From the human T2T-CHM13v2.0 reference genome, Homo sapiens: a stretch of DNA of 64,000 nt. The notes beneath the pieces were generated by a model, which was not told the DNA's origin, searched no databases, and saw only the letters and a program-made list of their open reading frames with translations. Of the stretch, positions 36,181 to 54,539 are shown one piece after another; within the stretch, counting starts at the first letter, position 1, and every line of letters starts with the position of its first letter. The position numbers were made by a program, and so were the translations under genes. The stretch lies in assembly GCF_009914755.1 (NCBI RefSeq), contig NC_060947.1; one strand, 5' to 3'.

Positions 36181-38627
36181 ATACATGGCTCTCAAACACA
36201 TAAAAATATTCAAATTCACTCATAATTAGAGCATTGCAAATTTAAAAGTATAGTACCACATTCATTCCTAAGGGAATGCAGGCACTCTCAGATTGCTGGA
36301 ATACAAATTAGTATAGTCCTTCTAAAGAGAAATTTAGCAATACCTAACTAAAGTACTTATGCACTTACCATTTGACCCATCAATTTCAAGACTAGAAATC
36401 TAGTCTGAAGTCTGAATGTAGCAATACAAAAATATATACACACTAGGTTATTCATTGTATCATTGTTTGTAATTGCAAAATACTGGAAACATCGTAAATG
36501 CCCATACATGGGAGAGCAGTTGAATAAACTATGGTGTAGCCACACAGTGGAGTGCTATGTAGCTGTTTAAAACAAACAAAAAACAAGAAAAGAATGACTA
36601 AGATCTCTGAACTGATTTACAGTGGAAATATCAAAGTGCAAAAGAATATCTATAATATGCTCTATCTTTTATAATAGAGGATATAATAAAATATAAACGT
36701 ATCTGCTCCTTTATCCAAAAGAAATCTAGGAAGGATAAACCAGAAACTAAAGACTTTTGTTTTCTGCAAGAGATGGTCAGCAAAAGGAGGGAAAGAAAAT
36801 GCAAGTGGGAATGGCTTAGAAGAGATGAACAGAAAGCTATGCTTCTCTGATTACTCTTTTTTTTTAATAGCTTTGACTCTTAGAAACATGTTTTACATAT
36901 ATTCCCCCCAATAAATAACTGAAATAAACCAAGATGTGAGGGCAACCCAAAATGGAATACACATGATAATAAATGAACCAAACTGTGTTACAAAAGAATA
37001 ACATAACCACACTGAAGGAGATAGAGAAGAAAAGTCCTAATCTAAGTATCCTCAGAATTAGTATTTTGACTGGATACCATAAGGCTAAAGACAAAAAGAG
37101 CTACATACAAGTATTGTACTCTAGTTAGTAAACCTGGTTATCACGGACATATGGGTTGGTAATTCTGAAATTATTTTATATAAAGTCTAGGGTTGAACAA
37201 AAAAGTAAGTATATTTTAGGTAATGGGGGTCACTTTTCTCAATGTCAGAGTTCCAAATAAGGAAAGTGTTAGAATGAACCTTGTGGTGTTGGATTGGAAT
37301 TGGAGGTAGGTATCAGAAGGAACTCATGGTTTTTAACATACACATACAGATAGCTAGATACATAAATAAATCCATATATGTGCACACACATGGGTTAGTA
37401 TACACACATATATTTTCTAGCTCTATCTACCGAGAGATCATAGAAGCAGTGATACCCCAGTATTTACCGCATTCACCGCATACTGTATTTATAGTATTTA
37501 CCGCAATTACTGTCCAGGTCCTGTTTTCTGAAACATCATTCTTCAGTAAAAGGAGCAGAGTTCCTTGGAGAAGCAGTTGATTCCAGGGCAGGGGCAAGAA
37601 AACTACCAGGTGAGCGTGGAACATTTTGTGGTACCAAAAAATAAGAATATGCTTAGAAAAGGATAAGGGTTTGTCAAAAGAACACAGGAGCCAACCCAAA
37701 GAAGCTCCTAATAGCCAAAGATGGAACAGTCTGAGAAATGAAATGAATAATGGTAGTGTTGGATAATAACCCACACAATAAAATAAATATCCACGAATCT
37801 ATGTTGACAGAAACAATTAAATACATAAATAGCAGATGGAAATGGACAGCCCTCCATTACTCAAAAATTTCAATTTAAAACAATTGCAAACAATGAGAGA
37901 AATGCAAAATCTCCATATGGCAAATACCACAGTAATAACTGTTGCAAGCAAGATCTACTGATGGATGTTAAAATCAGTGGGGGAAAGTTTGAGGAGAAAC
38001 AGGATACTAGCATAGTCTAAAAATATCCCTCTGAAGATATTAATCAATTCCAAAGAGGAAAATAGTAACTTTACAGTAGAGAAACTTGGCAGACGCCACC
38101 TTAATCAAGTAATCAAGGTTAACATCTCCAGTAATAAGATATATTGGCATCATGTACCCCCTGATATGATGCAATAAAGAGAACATAACTTCTATACTAT
38201 TCTTGTAAAAAATGCATAACCTCAAACTAAGCATGAGAAAAAATATTAAAACCCAAATTAAGGGCATTCTACAAAATAACTGACCAGTGCTCTTTTAAAA
38301 GTTTCACAATCATAAAAGACAAGGAAAGACTGAGGAACTGTCACAGATTAGAGGAGACAAAGGAGACACAACAACGATATACAACATGAGATCCCGGAAC
38401 ATAAAAAGGACATTTAGGAGGAAAATTGGTAAAATTCAAATGAGCTTCATAGCTTGATTAATTGTACCGTACCAATGTTAATTTCCTAGTCTAGATAATT
38501 GTACTATGCTTATATAAGACATTAACGTTAGAGGAGGCAAGGTGAGGTATGTAACTGAACTATTTGTAGTATTTTTGCAACTTCCCTGTAAGTCTAAGGT
38601 TATTTCAAAATAACATGTTAAAATAAT

Positions 38628-38630
<3 letters not shown>

Positions 38631-38676
<46 letters not shown>
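38631..38676. repeat. Perfect (GT)23 microsatellite
   Basis: Read directly; lies at the L1 3' end. Confidence 0.97.
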
Positions 38677-38678
<2 letters not shown>

Positions 38679-39266
38679 GCAGTAGAAAGAAAGAGATGTC
38701 ACAAGAGTCACCAGAGATGTATGACAGTGATCAAATATGACATGAGCACCAGTAAATGCTAACATCCTAAATAGTGTAAAGGTGAATGCTCACCATCTAG
38801 AGACATGAGAAAGGCAAAGGTGGGGGCATTAAGCCTCCTTAAATTACAAAAATACCCCCTGGATTTCTGATACCTGATCCACTGAAAGATAAACTTATAT
38901 GAGATTAGTCTAGTCAAGTCTGACAAGCCTGCAGGGGTTTAGTGAAAGCAGACCTGAGCAGGAATTAGAAGACCAGAACCAAGTGACAGCAAAAAGACAG
39001 GTGAAAACGCACCTTTACTGAGAAAGAAATGACCATTCTCTCAGAGCCTGAATGTCCTTGGAATTCCAGAAACTTCTTTGTCTCTGATGTGTGAAGTTGA
39101 GCACCCAGTGAAGCAGGTACTGAGCAGCAACAGAGTATCAAGTACCTAGTGGCTGAGTTCTTGTGCTATTATCTATTCACTGTGTTGGTTACATTCTTAC
39201 CAACTTCCTTCTGTTGATCTTGGAGTAATGCCCACATGCTTAAAAGCTACTTCAAAAGATGAACTA

Positions 39267-39596
<330 letters not shown>

Positions 39597-39942
39597 TTAT
39601 TTTTTCATTCTACACAATTTTCCTTTTATCATCTTATTGCTGCATTAGCTACTTCCAGAGGGGAAATACAATGCAACACTCGGCAAATAAATGTAGCCTC
39701 TGAACATTTTTACCACAAGCAACCACTTTAGTAGTGGAGTTTGTTAACATCACTTTTGCCCATAAATTGCCTCCATGCTAGATAAATGAATGTTAAGAGC
39801 TTTAGATTAGGCAAAGTGACAAGACAGGCAATCATTTCAGACTATTAGAGAAATGATAATTACTTTCATTTCAGGTAGGACAGGGAAAAAATAATAATGG
39901 TATAGAACAGTAAGTACAGTTTTCTGGATTAAAAGAAGTGGG

Positions 39943-40257
<315 letters not shown>

Positions 40258-40939
40258 TTATTGTGAAGGTAGGGAGGAGAAAGAGGGTTTCTTTTGTGGC
40301 AGAGCAGTTCTAACGTAGAATGATCATGAAGTGCTTTTACTAAAAGTCAGTTAAAAAAATAAGTCCGTTGATAGCACATCTGCTAAGTAACATCCTGTTT
40401 TAGCCTGGGTTATCGAGATTCTGAGGAAAGCTTCTGTTCCAACACATTATTCAAAAGGATATAATCCCAAGAATGAGAGAGAAAGAAAAGAGGGGCAGGG
40501 AATGGGAGAGAACACATACAGGTGGGAGGGCGCATGCAGGTAACAGACGGTGTGCAGGTGGCATGTTCCTGAACTGTGTTTCTGAACTGGCCACAGCCTC
40601 TCAAGAACATCTAGCTGATTCTCAGTTATGCAGGAAATTTTCAAAGAAGCCACACAGAGAAGCTCCTTCTACATCCTCTCATTTATCAAAGTCCTCCCCC
40701 ACAGAGCTTTATTTTCTCCCACACTCAGGGCAGCTGGGCCTCTGTTTGTCCAGCCAGGTCACAGCTGAGCACTGGAGCAGCTGTAGCCCCTGGCATGATC
40801 ATCATGGTTGAAGCTGTGCCCAAAGCCTGGCCCTTGGCCTGAGGGGAAGTTGAGACAATCAGCAGTATTGGGAGATGAGGCAAAGGTGTTCGTGGGGGCT
40901 CTCAGGCAGTGGGAACAACGATGTGAGCCTTCACAGGGT

Positions 40940-41200
40940 TGCTCTAGCTTTGCTCCCTGGGAAGCAGGCTCTGAGATGAAGATCAGCATGCAGGACTTTT
41001 GGGAGGGAGTGCTCTTGGAATCAACTCCTATAGGAGAGGAAAGAAAGAAAGGATGCAGAATTGGGAGGAGAAAAGTGGAGCTGTGATTCATTCCCAACAG
41101 AAGCCTCAGCCAATCCCGCAGGAAGTTCTGAAGATGGGATGGTCCTTCACCTGATCTGGTGCTGGGTAAGCTGCCCAAAATCCGTTCTAGGGATTCAGGG
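40940..41200 (-). mobile_element. ERVL LTR (LTR16/LTR33-like) fragment
   Basis: CCCTGGGAAGCAGGCTCTGAGATG...ATCAACTCCT. Confidence 0.6.
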
Positions 41201-41201
41201 C

Positions 41202-42003
41202 TGTGACATTGTGAAATATATATTTGGTCCTTGTCCCCACCCCCACCCCCATTTCCTGGAATCTCCAAGGTGCTGTCTTTTTATATGCTAATGTTGAATG
41301 ATAGCTTCAGGGTGGGGCTGGTCACTGGAAAGACCAAGGCAGGATTAGAGGGTTGGGATTTTCAGCTCTGCCCCCAGTCTCTGGGGAGCGGGGAGGAGGA
41401 TGAAGGTCAAGTTGATCGCCAATAGCTAATTGTTTCATCAATCATGCTTATGTAATAAATCCTCCATAAAAACCTTAGAGGACAGGGTCCAGAGAGCCTC
41501 CAGATAGCTGAACACATGGAGATTCCCAGAGGATGGGACATCCAGGAAGGGCATGGGAGCTCTGCAACGCTTCTCTCATACCCAGCCCTATGCATCTCTT
41601 CATCTGTATCCTTTGCAAAACCTCTATAATACACTGGTAAACATAAGTGTTTCCCTGAGTTTTGTGAACCACTCTAGCAAATTAATCAAACCCAAAGAGG
41701 GCGTTGTGGAAACCCCAACTTAAAGCCAGTCTGTCAAGTTTTGGAGGCCTGGACTTAGTACTGCTGTCTGAAGGAGGGAGGGGCAGTTTTGGGGACTGAC
41801 CCCTCAATCTGTGGGATCTGACACTATCTCCAGGTAGATAGTGTTGAATTTGAATTGGAGGACATCCAGCTGGTGTGCACTGCCGAATTGATTGCTTACC
41901 TGGTGGTAAGGAGAACCCCCTTCTCCCCACATTTGGTCACAGAAATCTTCTGTGTTGATTGTTAAGTAAGAAAATAGAAAAAAATAATTTGAGTTTCCAA
42001 ACA
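41202..42003. mobile_element. MER21-family solo LTR
   Basis: TGTGACATTGTGAAATATATATTTGGTC...AAACA; homologous to 51440-52731. Confidence 0.85.
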
Positions 42004-44245
42004 AGGGGTGAGGAGGAACTCTGGACAGGCCACAGGCTCAGGTGTCATTCCAACCCTGTAGCCTCTTTTTGGTTCTGAATCGCGTCATCACAAAGTTCAG
42101 ACCATGGGTCTAGATTTCCAAGATCCACATGCCTTGGGTCTTGAGAAGGTCCTGATCTTCATGAGGTCTACAAGGGCAAAAGTTCCAGAAGTAGCAACCA
42201 CAGATTCAGCTCATAAGCTGTTGAGAGCAACTCTCCAGTTGCAACAAACATGAAAATGAAAGGGACATCTTCCTTCAGAGGTAGCCTTCTTAAGCCTCTG
42301 CAATTCCACAGCAAGACGTATGACCACAGCCAGTGTGACACATAATTGAAAATGCCTTCTCATAAGAGAGAGTAGGAGACTTGTCAGCAGAGAGATACCA
42401 TCTATATACAGCACAGAGTCCTAGACACACAGGGCCATGGGGAAATAGAAATTAAGAGATTCCAAGTGTATTGTTTAGGGGAGAAAAGAGCAATTCAAAT
42501 AATATCTGGAGTCTGTGACTGGCATCATTACAAACACTTAGACTTTGCAAGAAGGCATCAATGTCCAGAATGACAATTTCAGAGTATGACCAAGGAATTT
42601 CCCAAGAAAGTTATGGCAAATACCCAGTGTCAACATTCACCTCTTGGTAGGGGATTTCCCCAGAGTTTAGTTTCACAGGTCACAGGCACTAGACAACTCC
42701 TATAGTTAGTCTAGTGTTTTGGAGAAGCTGAAACCCAGAAGAATGTTTTTGCCTCATTTTTCCTTCAGATACCACTGAGTCTCCATTATGTCTTTGGCAG
42801 TAGTAACCCAGGATTAGATAGGTTCTGAGATTTCATTTGGTTTGAGAAAACTGCTCTAGTGCTATAAATTGCTGGAAGTAATTAATTTTAGCCAGTGTTG
42901 TGATAATTTGTATTTCCTATTGACAATCTGAAGTCTTTAAAAGAGAGACAGAAGAATGGCTAATATAACTTCTAGGACCCAAGAAGATGACACCTATTCT
43001 TACAAAAGGCATTTTGGGCCATGTTGCTGGAGGTATTGATAACTCTGCCCAGACACTGAGAACCTTTCTAGCTGACAATGAGCAGAATAAGAAATGGACC
43101 GAAACCCATAATCTCTGGATTTTAATGTGAAGTTTTAATTTTTAGATTCTTTAAAAGTTGGACACATTAATTCTCCCTGGGTAATTAATAGTAGGAGGAA
43201 ATGTATATTTGAATATGGGCTGTCCCTATATATTTCGGTGGAATATTTTTATGATATCATTTAACCTCACTGAAGACATTCTACTAGGCTGAGTAGGACA
43301 ATGTGGTTGGACCTAATTTGCGAGACGAAGTAAAACAGAAGGTGGATTTTCAGCCATGAAACAACCTTAAAGTAAATCTAATTGATTTATCATTCTCAAC
43401 CATTTTGGAACCTTCTATTGGCAAAATCTGTCCTGCCTATCAGTGGTCAAAGGACATCTCCACCAAAGCAGAAGTTGGTAACATGGAGGTGGTTTGACAA
43501 AAATAGGAGTAGGACAACTGACCTCTTCCAGTAGAGAGCTGGCCACACTACCGGTTGACCATGGGCTTGCCAGTTCATCCAATGGCATACAAGAAGAAAA
43601 TGTGGGTACAGTTATCATTATTGGAAAATTCATTGTTGTTACACATTTATGCCATGTGTTCCAATGTCAGTACAGCTAACATTTGAATCTTCCTCAGCCT
43701 ACTCTTCTGTCTATATTCATTGGTACAGAGCTTAGGCATGGGTAAGAAGGGTGTTGTTTATTAACCCCTTCAATCCCAGCAGCTCTGATTATGTTATGTT
43801 GTTATGTTATTTGATATTACATATAGGAGGGAGAGAGAGAATGTTTCTGTGGTTCACAATTTTAGGCAAAGTCAGTGGTAGAAAATTCTCATATTCTCAT
43901 CCTTGGAAAGTTTTGATTTAGGAAACAAAGTTAATCAAACCCAAGTCCAATGGACATGGTGAATGACTCTGGTGTGGGGAACAGGATTGCTTCTTCTTAA
44001 AATGGTTTTTAGAAAATGGTGTGAGAGGATGAGAGGAAAATGAAGAATGAGATGGGATTGAAAGGAAGTGGATGACTCTTATGACTATTTCATATAGTAA
44101 CCCCACCACTGTTTCCAACAGCATAGTTTTAAACATATTTGGGTCAATGAAAGCATCTTCAGAATTAGTGTTTATTTGGTCTTTCAATGTGACTATTCTG
44201 AAACATAACACTCATTTGGACATTGAAATTCTATCTGGGATTCGT

Positions 44246-44375
44246 AAGGTCACCATATAATCTATCACCCCCAAAAGGGGTACTTTTGAGTGTGAAAAGT
44301 GTGCTAATAATAATTATGCTGGAACAAAGGCATAAATCAGGTATTTCCCAGGCAAACTAGAATATATGGCACCCT
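44246..44375 (+). mobile_element. MER94 (hAT-Blackjack MITE)
   Basis: Imperfect terminal inverted repeats AAGGTCACCATAT / ATATGGCACCCT; ~130 bp. Confidence 0.8.
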
Positions 44376-44762
44376 AGATATGTGTAAAAACACCATTGTC
44401 ATTCCTTGTAGTCATCCTTTTAAATACCATCAAAAATCTCTTCTCAAAGAATCTCCATTGTGAAGTCCTATAAAAGAAGAAACATTGAAATCTCTTACTA
44501 ATGTGGTATCATATTTAGATAGTGGGGAAGGACTTCATTCCTTTTATATCAGCTGTGTAGTGAACAAAAAAACAAGTATAGAAAAATTTACTCAATTGAC
44601 TGAAATTTACTTGTTAGATATTTTAACTGTACCATTCCAAATGGCTAGTGGGGAATGATACGTCCTTCCTAGGTAGCCTGAACCCCTTGGCTTTGTTGGA
44701 TCTAGGTAAATTGTCATAGTGTCCTCTAGCACTGATTGGGTGTGGTTGTGGTGAATGAACCC

Positions 44763-45180
44763 TGTAATGTGCTGCCCAGATCCTCCTTCAGAAATGAAGA
44801 ACTTATTCTCCCAGCTGCTAGTACTGCCCGTTGATCACTCTCTGCTCTCAGCCACTTTCAGGGCTTGCCTTGGCTAAAAAAATACCCAAGGTCCAACAGG
44901 GGCAACACACATCCAATGTCTAAACAATGCAGCTGGTATAAAGGCCTAGCTCCCTTGCCTCAATTTGGGACGGCTCTAAAGAGCCATCCTAATACCAGAG
45001 CTTCCCAGAAGATCAGCCAAGGCCTTCATTGGGACCAGCAGTTTAACCTCTCCCTCTAACCAGTCATGTTTCCATCCCCTTCTTTCTACAGGTATTGGCT
45101 CCAAGAGCACTTCCTAATAAACACCCTATATGCTGATCTCCATCTCAGAGTCTCATCCCTGGTGGCCTCACACTGTGACA
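44763..45180 (+). mobile_element. LTR33-like solo LTR
   Basis: TGTAATGTGCTGCCCAGATCC...AATAAAC...CTCAGAGTC...GACA. Confidence 0.75.
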
Positions 45181-45519
45181 GTCATCTTTAGTTCTGATGT
45201 TAGTCTAACATTTGATCTGTTCTGATCTCAAGTCCTCAATAAAAAATTCAGATTTATTCTTGGCTCACAGACTTACTTTTTATGAATGTCCTAGATGGAG
45301 ACACTAAAGGTCTCTGCTCTGAAAGCTGTCACTCTCCTTTGAGGATATAAGTTTAAGAAGGAATAACAGATATATCTGCACACCTTTAGCAATCAAACCA
45401 AACCCAGTATGCATCAAACCAAACTACAGCAAGCAGTTCTTTGAAGGTTGGAAGCCATTTACTTCATCCGAATTGTGGGGTCCTACTTCTAGTCTCTCCA
45501 TAAGGCAGAAACTGTCCTA

Positions 45520-45600
45520 CTCAGGGTGGATCCCTAGTGCCTTGCACAGAGCCACAAACAGAAGAGGCGCTTGGTATGCGTTTAGTGAATGAATGAATGT
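45520..45600 (+). mobile_element. L2 3' end
   Basis: CCTAGTGCCTTGCACAGAG...(TGAA)n. Confidence 0.65.
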
Positions 45601-48063
45601 ATGCCTGGGTAGAAAGATGAACCAACCAATGCAGTCCCCCATGGCAGTGCTTGAGAGCCCCTAGAACTGAAAATGACCAACTCAAGGTAAGGAGATGGGA
45701 GGGACAAGAAGGATCAAGGGAATGAGGGGCAAATAGGAAAGTCCATAAGGAGGAAACAGAAGATTGAATCAAATCAAGCCAGTCTTCTACTAAAGGAGAG
45801 TTCTGCAACCTCAACCACTCTTTAACTTTCTCTCACCTTAGTCACTTGTCACCACTTCCTCACCTCCATTCAACCTACTAAACTATAGCAGCATATTATA
45901 GTCCCTGCTTTATTGCTACATTATTTGTGGCATTGTGAGAATTTGTCTGTGGCACCAGAATAGTCCTGGCTAACTCTAAATTCTTTTTATAGTAAGCCTC
46001 TTCTGCAGCAGTTGAAATTGAAATTAGAAACATGCGGGCCTTGAGCACTAAGCTGGGGCTGATGAGCAGGAAGTGGTAAATGAATAACTACCTTATTAGA
46101 TCATATTTTCATTGTACAATTCCTTAGAACAAAGACACTTGCAGCCACAAGACTTGCTACCTAGTGATATAGTTGCGCTGAAGCCAGTAATAATTGTACC
46201 ATGCTAAAAGCCTATTCAAATCCATCATTGGGAAATATAAGGAAACTTCAGACACTTCAGGATTTACTATATTTTTTCTGGATAAACTATGACTTAATAA
46301 GGGAAGTTTTAAAAGTGATTCAGGGCATCAACTAACATGACAGAAAATATTTTAAACAATGGCATAAATGGATCAGTGTTCTCTTGTTTAAAACTAAAAT
46401 CTATTCTTTTTCTTTTTTTCTTTTTTAAGCGAAAAGACATTTAAGACAAAAGCCTTTAGGGGTCCTTTCAAATTCTCAAATGTCTGACTAGGGTTTCAAA
46501 TAACAATGGATTAGAGAAGAAACCTCCCCCAACTATACCATACTTAAACACATTAATTATTACACTAGGCTGAACAAACTAATCCTGAATGCTCAACAAT
46601 GTTATTAGTACTAGAGGCAGCACTATTTGAAAGCTTTCACTTTTCCCCTAGTACTTATGCCTGATTACAGGTGTAAGAAAGTTTCCTATAGTATGTGTCT
46701 CACAAAATCCACTGTGAATGTTTGCCACATTTCATATCATGTGAAACATTAGGCATGTGTATAGATAGGGTAGAACTCAGCATGCAGCACTGATCAGATG
46801 ATTATAAAGCATGAGGCAGAAACCAAATAGGTGGGCAGTTTTTTACTAACCACACAGAACTGCTTCATAAGATTACTCCCAAGAGTCCAGGTTCTAGTAA
46901 AATTATTTATGGTTAAGTGTTATAAGGTTATGCAAAGAATGTATCGACAATAACCAACTCCAGTTTTTCATGGATGCCATTATTATTTAGGGTTCCCATA
47001 TTTAGTTACCTTCTAACAGTATAGGTCTGTTTCAAAAATGAACTTTGGAGAAAGTTTAAAAATTATGATCTTTTTAAAACAATTATTAGCCAAATAATCT
47101 CCCAATGAATGGATAGTGATTCAAATTTAGTAAACCATAATTTAAGAAGTTCTATTGTTTACAGTTACTCCCAGAATAACTTAATTCAGCAATGTTCCAG
47201 GTTTATCCTATGCCCACACTCTTGCAGAACAGCCTGTCAGTTACCCGCATTCCTACACCTGAGGGTGGAAGGAAATCATGTAAAATGTCAATAACGAAAG
47301 GGGTAAAAAGAATTTTCAGAACCTGATTTTCCCCATTCCTTAGGATGTGCTCAGAGCAATGGGAGGGGAGAAAAAGAAAGAATATGTACATGTTAAAGGA
47401 AACCATAAAGGTTATCCACGTTTACATAACCACAGAATGTGCAAGGTTTACCCAGGTGATAAAACCACCCACTTTCATTCATTCAGGAGGTAGTCACACT
47501 TATTTTGTGTCCAAAATAAACCTATACAACTGGAGGCATTATGGAGGGGAGGGCGTCAAAGGTTAACACATACTTAACAAGCAGGGAGAGAGGGAGAAGG
47601 AATACTGTTTGGAGAACAGGGGAATGAAATGGAGTGTTCTAAGGAAAAATTCACAAATACGCTCTTAGAGAAAATACTAATACAAGTGAATATGAACCAG
47701 AAGATGTATTCTTTAACAAATTGGTGGGAGATAAATAGACCACAAAGTTTAGTTTTATTCAAATATATTTTCTCTTTTTTAATTCCCAGCAAGTCAGAAG
47801 CATATGCCTCTTAGCAACATCATTGCCCTGTGAGAGCTCATCTCACCAGAAGGACAGCTAAAAATGGGTCCATATGTACCTTTGGCAATAAAAATGTTTC
47901 AGTAACGGCTGCTTGCGTGCTTGTAATACAGAATTTAGCCAGGTTTATTATTGCACCTGATGTTGTATATAAAACTGCGTATACTATTTAAAAATCTCTG
48001 ACAGACTTACGAAATTAACCATAGTATGGGAACTCTGTGCTAACATGATGAATAAATGACTGA

Positions 48064-48482
<419 letters not shown>

Positions 48483-48667
48483 TAGGATCTATAATGCTTT
48501 TCCCCAAGAAAGTATTATCTTATAAGTGGAGAGGGGAAGAATTCATTTTTTGTCCTATTTTTTTAAAGAAAATGTTTTGTCGAAGTATAACTTACATACC
48601 ATAAAATTCACCAGTTTTTAGTATACACATTAATAATATTATATGTATGTGTGTATATACATATATA

Positions 48668-48674
48668 TATTATT

Positions 48675-48714
<40 letters not shown>

Positions 48715-48860
48715 TTTTAGACAGTCTCGCTCTGTCATCCAGGCTGGAATGCAGTGGTATGATCATAGCTCACTGCAATCTCAAACTCCTGGGCTCAAGT
48801 CATCCCCTGCCTCAGCCTCCCAAAGTGTTACGATTACAGGCGTGAGCCACTGCTTCTGGC
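48668..48860 (-). mobile_element. FLAM/AluJ monomer with (TTTA)n tail
   Basis: Single ~140-bp arm. Confidence 0.85.
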
Positions 48861-49649
48861 TATTTCTTATGTTTATAGAGTTGTGCCACTATCATCACAA
48901 ACCAACTTTAGAATATTTCCTTCACCCCAAAAAGATCCCTCATGACCATTTGGCAGTCACTTCTCATTCCTACTGCAGCCCAGGCAACCAATAATCTACT
49001 GTTGCTCTCTATAAATTTGTCTTTTCTGGACATTTCATATACATAGAACCATACATTATGTGGACTTTTGTGACAGGCTTCTTTCACTTAGCATAGTATT
49101 TGAGTTGCATCCATGTTGTTGAATGCATCAGTTCATTGTTCCTTTTAATTGCTGAATAATATTCCATTATATGGATATATCACATTTTGTTTAATCATTC
49201 AAAAGTTGATGGACATTTGGGTTAGCTATTATGAATTATGCTGCTATGAACATTTGTGTGCAAGTCTCCCCATGGACACATTTTCATTTCTCTTAGATAG
49301 ATATCTAGGGGTGAAATTGCTGGATTATATGGTAGATTTATGTTTAACTTTTTAAGAACCTGCCGAACTGTTTTCCAAACTGGCTGTACCATTTTATGTT
49401 CCCATCAGAAATATATGAGGATTCCAGTTTCTCCACATCCTTGCCAAAACTTATTGTCTGTCTTTTTTATTATAGCCATTCTAGTGAGTATAAAATGGTA
49501 TTTCAATGTTATTTTCAGTTCCATTTCCCTAATGACAAATGAGCCTGAGCATCTTTTTCATGTGCTTACAGAACATTAGTATATCTTTTTGGCGAGATAT
49601 CTGTTCAAACCTTTTACCCATTTTTCATTTGGTTCATTTGCCTTATTAC

Positions 49650-50094
<445 letters not shown>

Positions 50095-50101
50095 TATATA
50101 G

Positions 50102-50412
<311 letters not shown>

Positions 50413-50654
50413 AGTGTTTTCTATATACTTGATCATTTCATCTGTAAATAGAGGTTTTCTTCCTGTGAATAAAGAGAGGTTTTCTTCTTTGTTTTCCACT
50501 TGAATGCCTTTTACCTTCTTTTCTTGACTGATTGCACTAGCTAAAGCCTCCAGTACAATGCCGAATATAAGTGGAAAGATTGGACATCTTTGTCCTGTTT
50601 CTGACTTTGGGGAAAAGCATTCAGTATTTCATCATGAAGTATAACGTTAGTTCT

Positions 50655-51393
<739 letters not shown>

Positions 51394-51439
51394 GTTCAAG
51401 TTTTTTCACAGATGCCCTTTACTTGAAGAATCTCCCTTC

Positions 51440-52731
<1,292 letters not shown>

Positions 52732-54262
52732 CTTCTATTCTTAGTTTGTTGAGGGTTTTTATCGGGAATGGGTGTTGGATGTTGACAAGTGCTTTTCTGT
52801 GTTTATCAAGATGATTGTGAGGTTTTTGTCCTTTATCCTATTAACACGGCACATTACATTACTTAATTTTTGGCTATTAAATCAACCTTGCATTCCTGGG
52901 ATAAATCACAGTTGCCACACTGTATAATGCTTTTTATATGTTGCTGCATGTGATTTGGTAATATTTTGTCCAAGATATTTGTGTTTAATTCCATGAGGGA
53001 TATTGGTATAGTTTTTTCTTGTGATGTGTTGTCTGATTTTGCTCTTAGAGTAATACTGGCTCTATTGAATGAATTGGCAAGTGTTTCTTCTTCCCATGTT
53101 TTATGGGGAAAGTTGTGAAGGATTTCTATTATTTATTTTTTTAATGTCTGGCAGAATTTACTGGTGAAGTCATCTGTGCTTGGGCTTTACTTTGTGGGAA
53201 GATTTTTATTTAGCAATTCAATTTATTTACTAGTTCTGTATTTACATATATTTTCTATTTCTTCTTCAGTCATTTTTGATAATTTATATCTTTCTAAGAA
53301 TGTGGTTTATTTCATCTAAACTGCCTTATTTCTTAGCATAAGGTGGCTCATAATATTGCCACATAATCCTTTTAAATTCTATAATTTGGTGGTGGTGTAT
53401 CTTCTTTCATTCTCAAGTTTGGCAGTATGTGTCTTCTTTTTTTATTGGTCAGTCTAGCTAAATTTTGCCAATTTTGTTAATCTTTTCAAGGAATCAACTT
53501 TTGATTCCATTGATTTTCTTTTTTTTTTTTTGTTTTCTGTTTCATTCTTGTTCTAGTCTTTATTATTTCCTTCCCTTTGCCGGCTTTTGGTTTAGCTTGG
53601 GTTTATTTTTCTAGTTTCTTGAAGTAGAAGGTGAAATTATTTATTTGAAATCTTTCTTCTGTTCTAACATAGGTGTTTACAGCTAGAAGTTTCCGTCTAA
53701 GCACTGCTTTGACTGGATCCTCTAAATTTTGATATAGTGTAATTTTTTTTTCATTCTGCTAAGAATATTTTCAAATTCCCCATATGACTTCCTCTTGGAC
53801 CTGTGCACTATATGGATGTGTGTTGTTTAATTTCCAAATATTTGTGGATTTCCCAAATTTCCCTTTGTCATTAATTTATAATTTGATCTCATTTTGGTTG
53901 TAGTTCTACATAAATTTCTGACTGCATGTCATTCTGTTGCTTTTCCCAACTAGTACTGTGACCTCAGGCTAACTGCGATGTTGTTCTTTCCTGATTATTT
54001 GCCACTGAGCTTGGTATTGTTTTTGACAGTTATCCAGGCATGGAATTTTCCAAGTTCTGCTCCAAATAAAGCCACCACTTTCTTGCAGGGCTGCGGAGCT
54101 GCCATTTCTCACAGTCTGCCCCACCTGGGTAGAATTGTGAAGCTAAGGTAAAGGAATTAGAGAAGTCCCAGAGACTGTTTTTATAGATATTCATTAAAAT
54201 TTCATGAATAAACACTCTTCAACTTGTTGTATGCCTTTAGTCAATTTTCAGTCTTTACGCAG

Positions 54263-54539
54263 TTGTTTTGTTTTTGTTTTTGTTTTTGTGAGACAGAGTC
54301 TCGCTCTGCCGCCCAGGCTGGAATGCAGTGGCACGATCTTGGCTCACTGCAACCTCCGCCTCCCGGGTTCAAGCAATTCTCTGCCTCAGCCTCCCGAGTA
54401 GCTGGGAATACAGGCGTGTGCCACCATGCAGGCGGGTTTCACCCTTGGCCAGGCTGGTCTTGAACTCCTGACCTCGTGATCCGCCCACCTCAGCCTCCCA
54501 AAGTGCTGGGATTACAGGCATGAGCCACCGTGCCCGGCC
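54263..54539 (-). mobile_element. AluS with the central A-rich linker deleted
   Basis: CCACCATGCAGGCGGGTTTCACC junction at ~54430. Confidence 0.9.

Noticed and set aside
40759-41268. 169-aa minus-strand ORF
   Set aside because: Spans an LTR16/33-like fragment and the MER21 junction; no recognisable domain.
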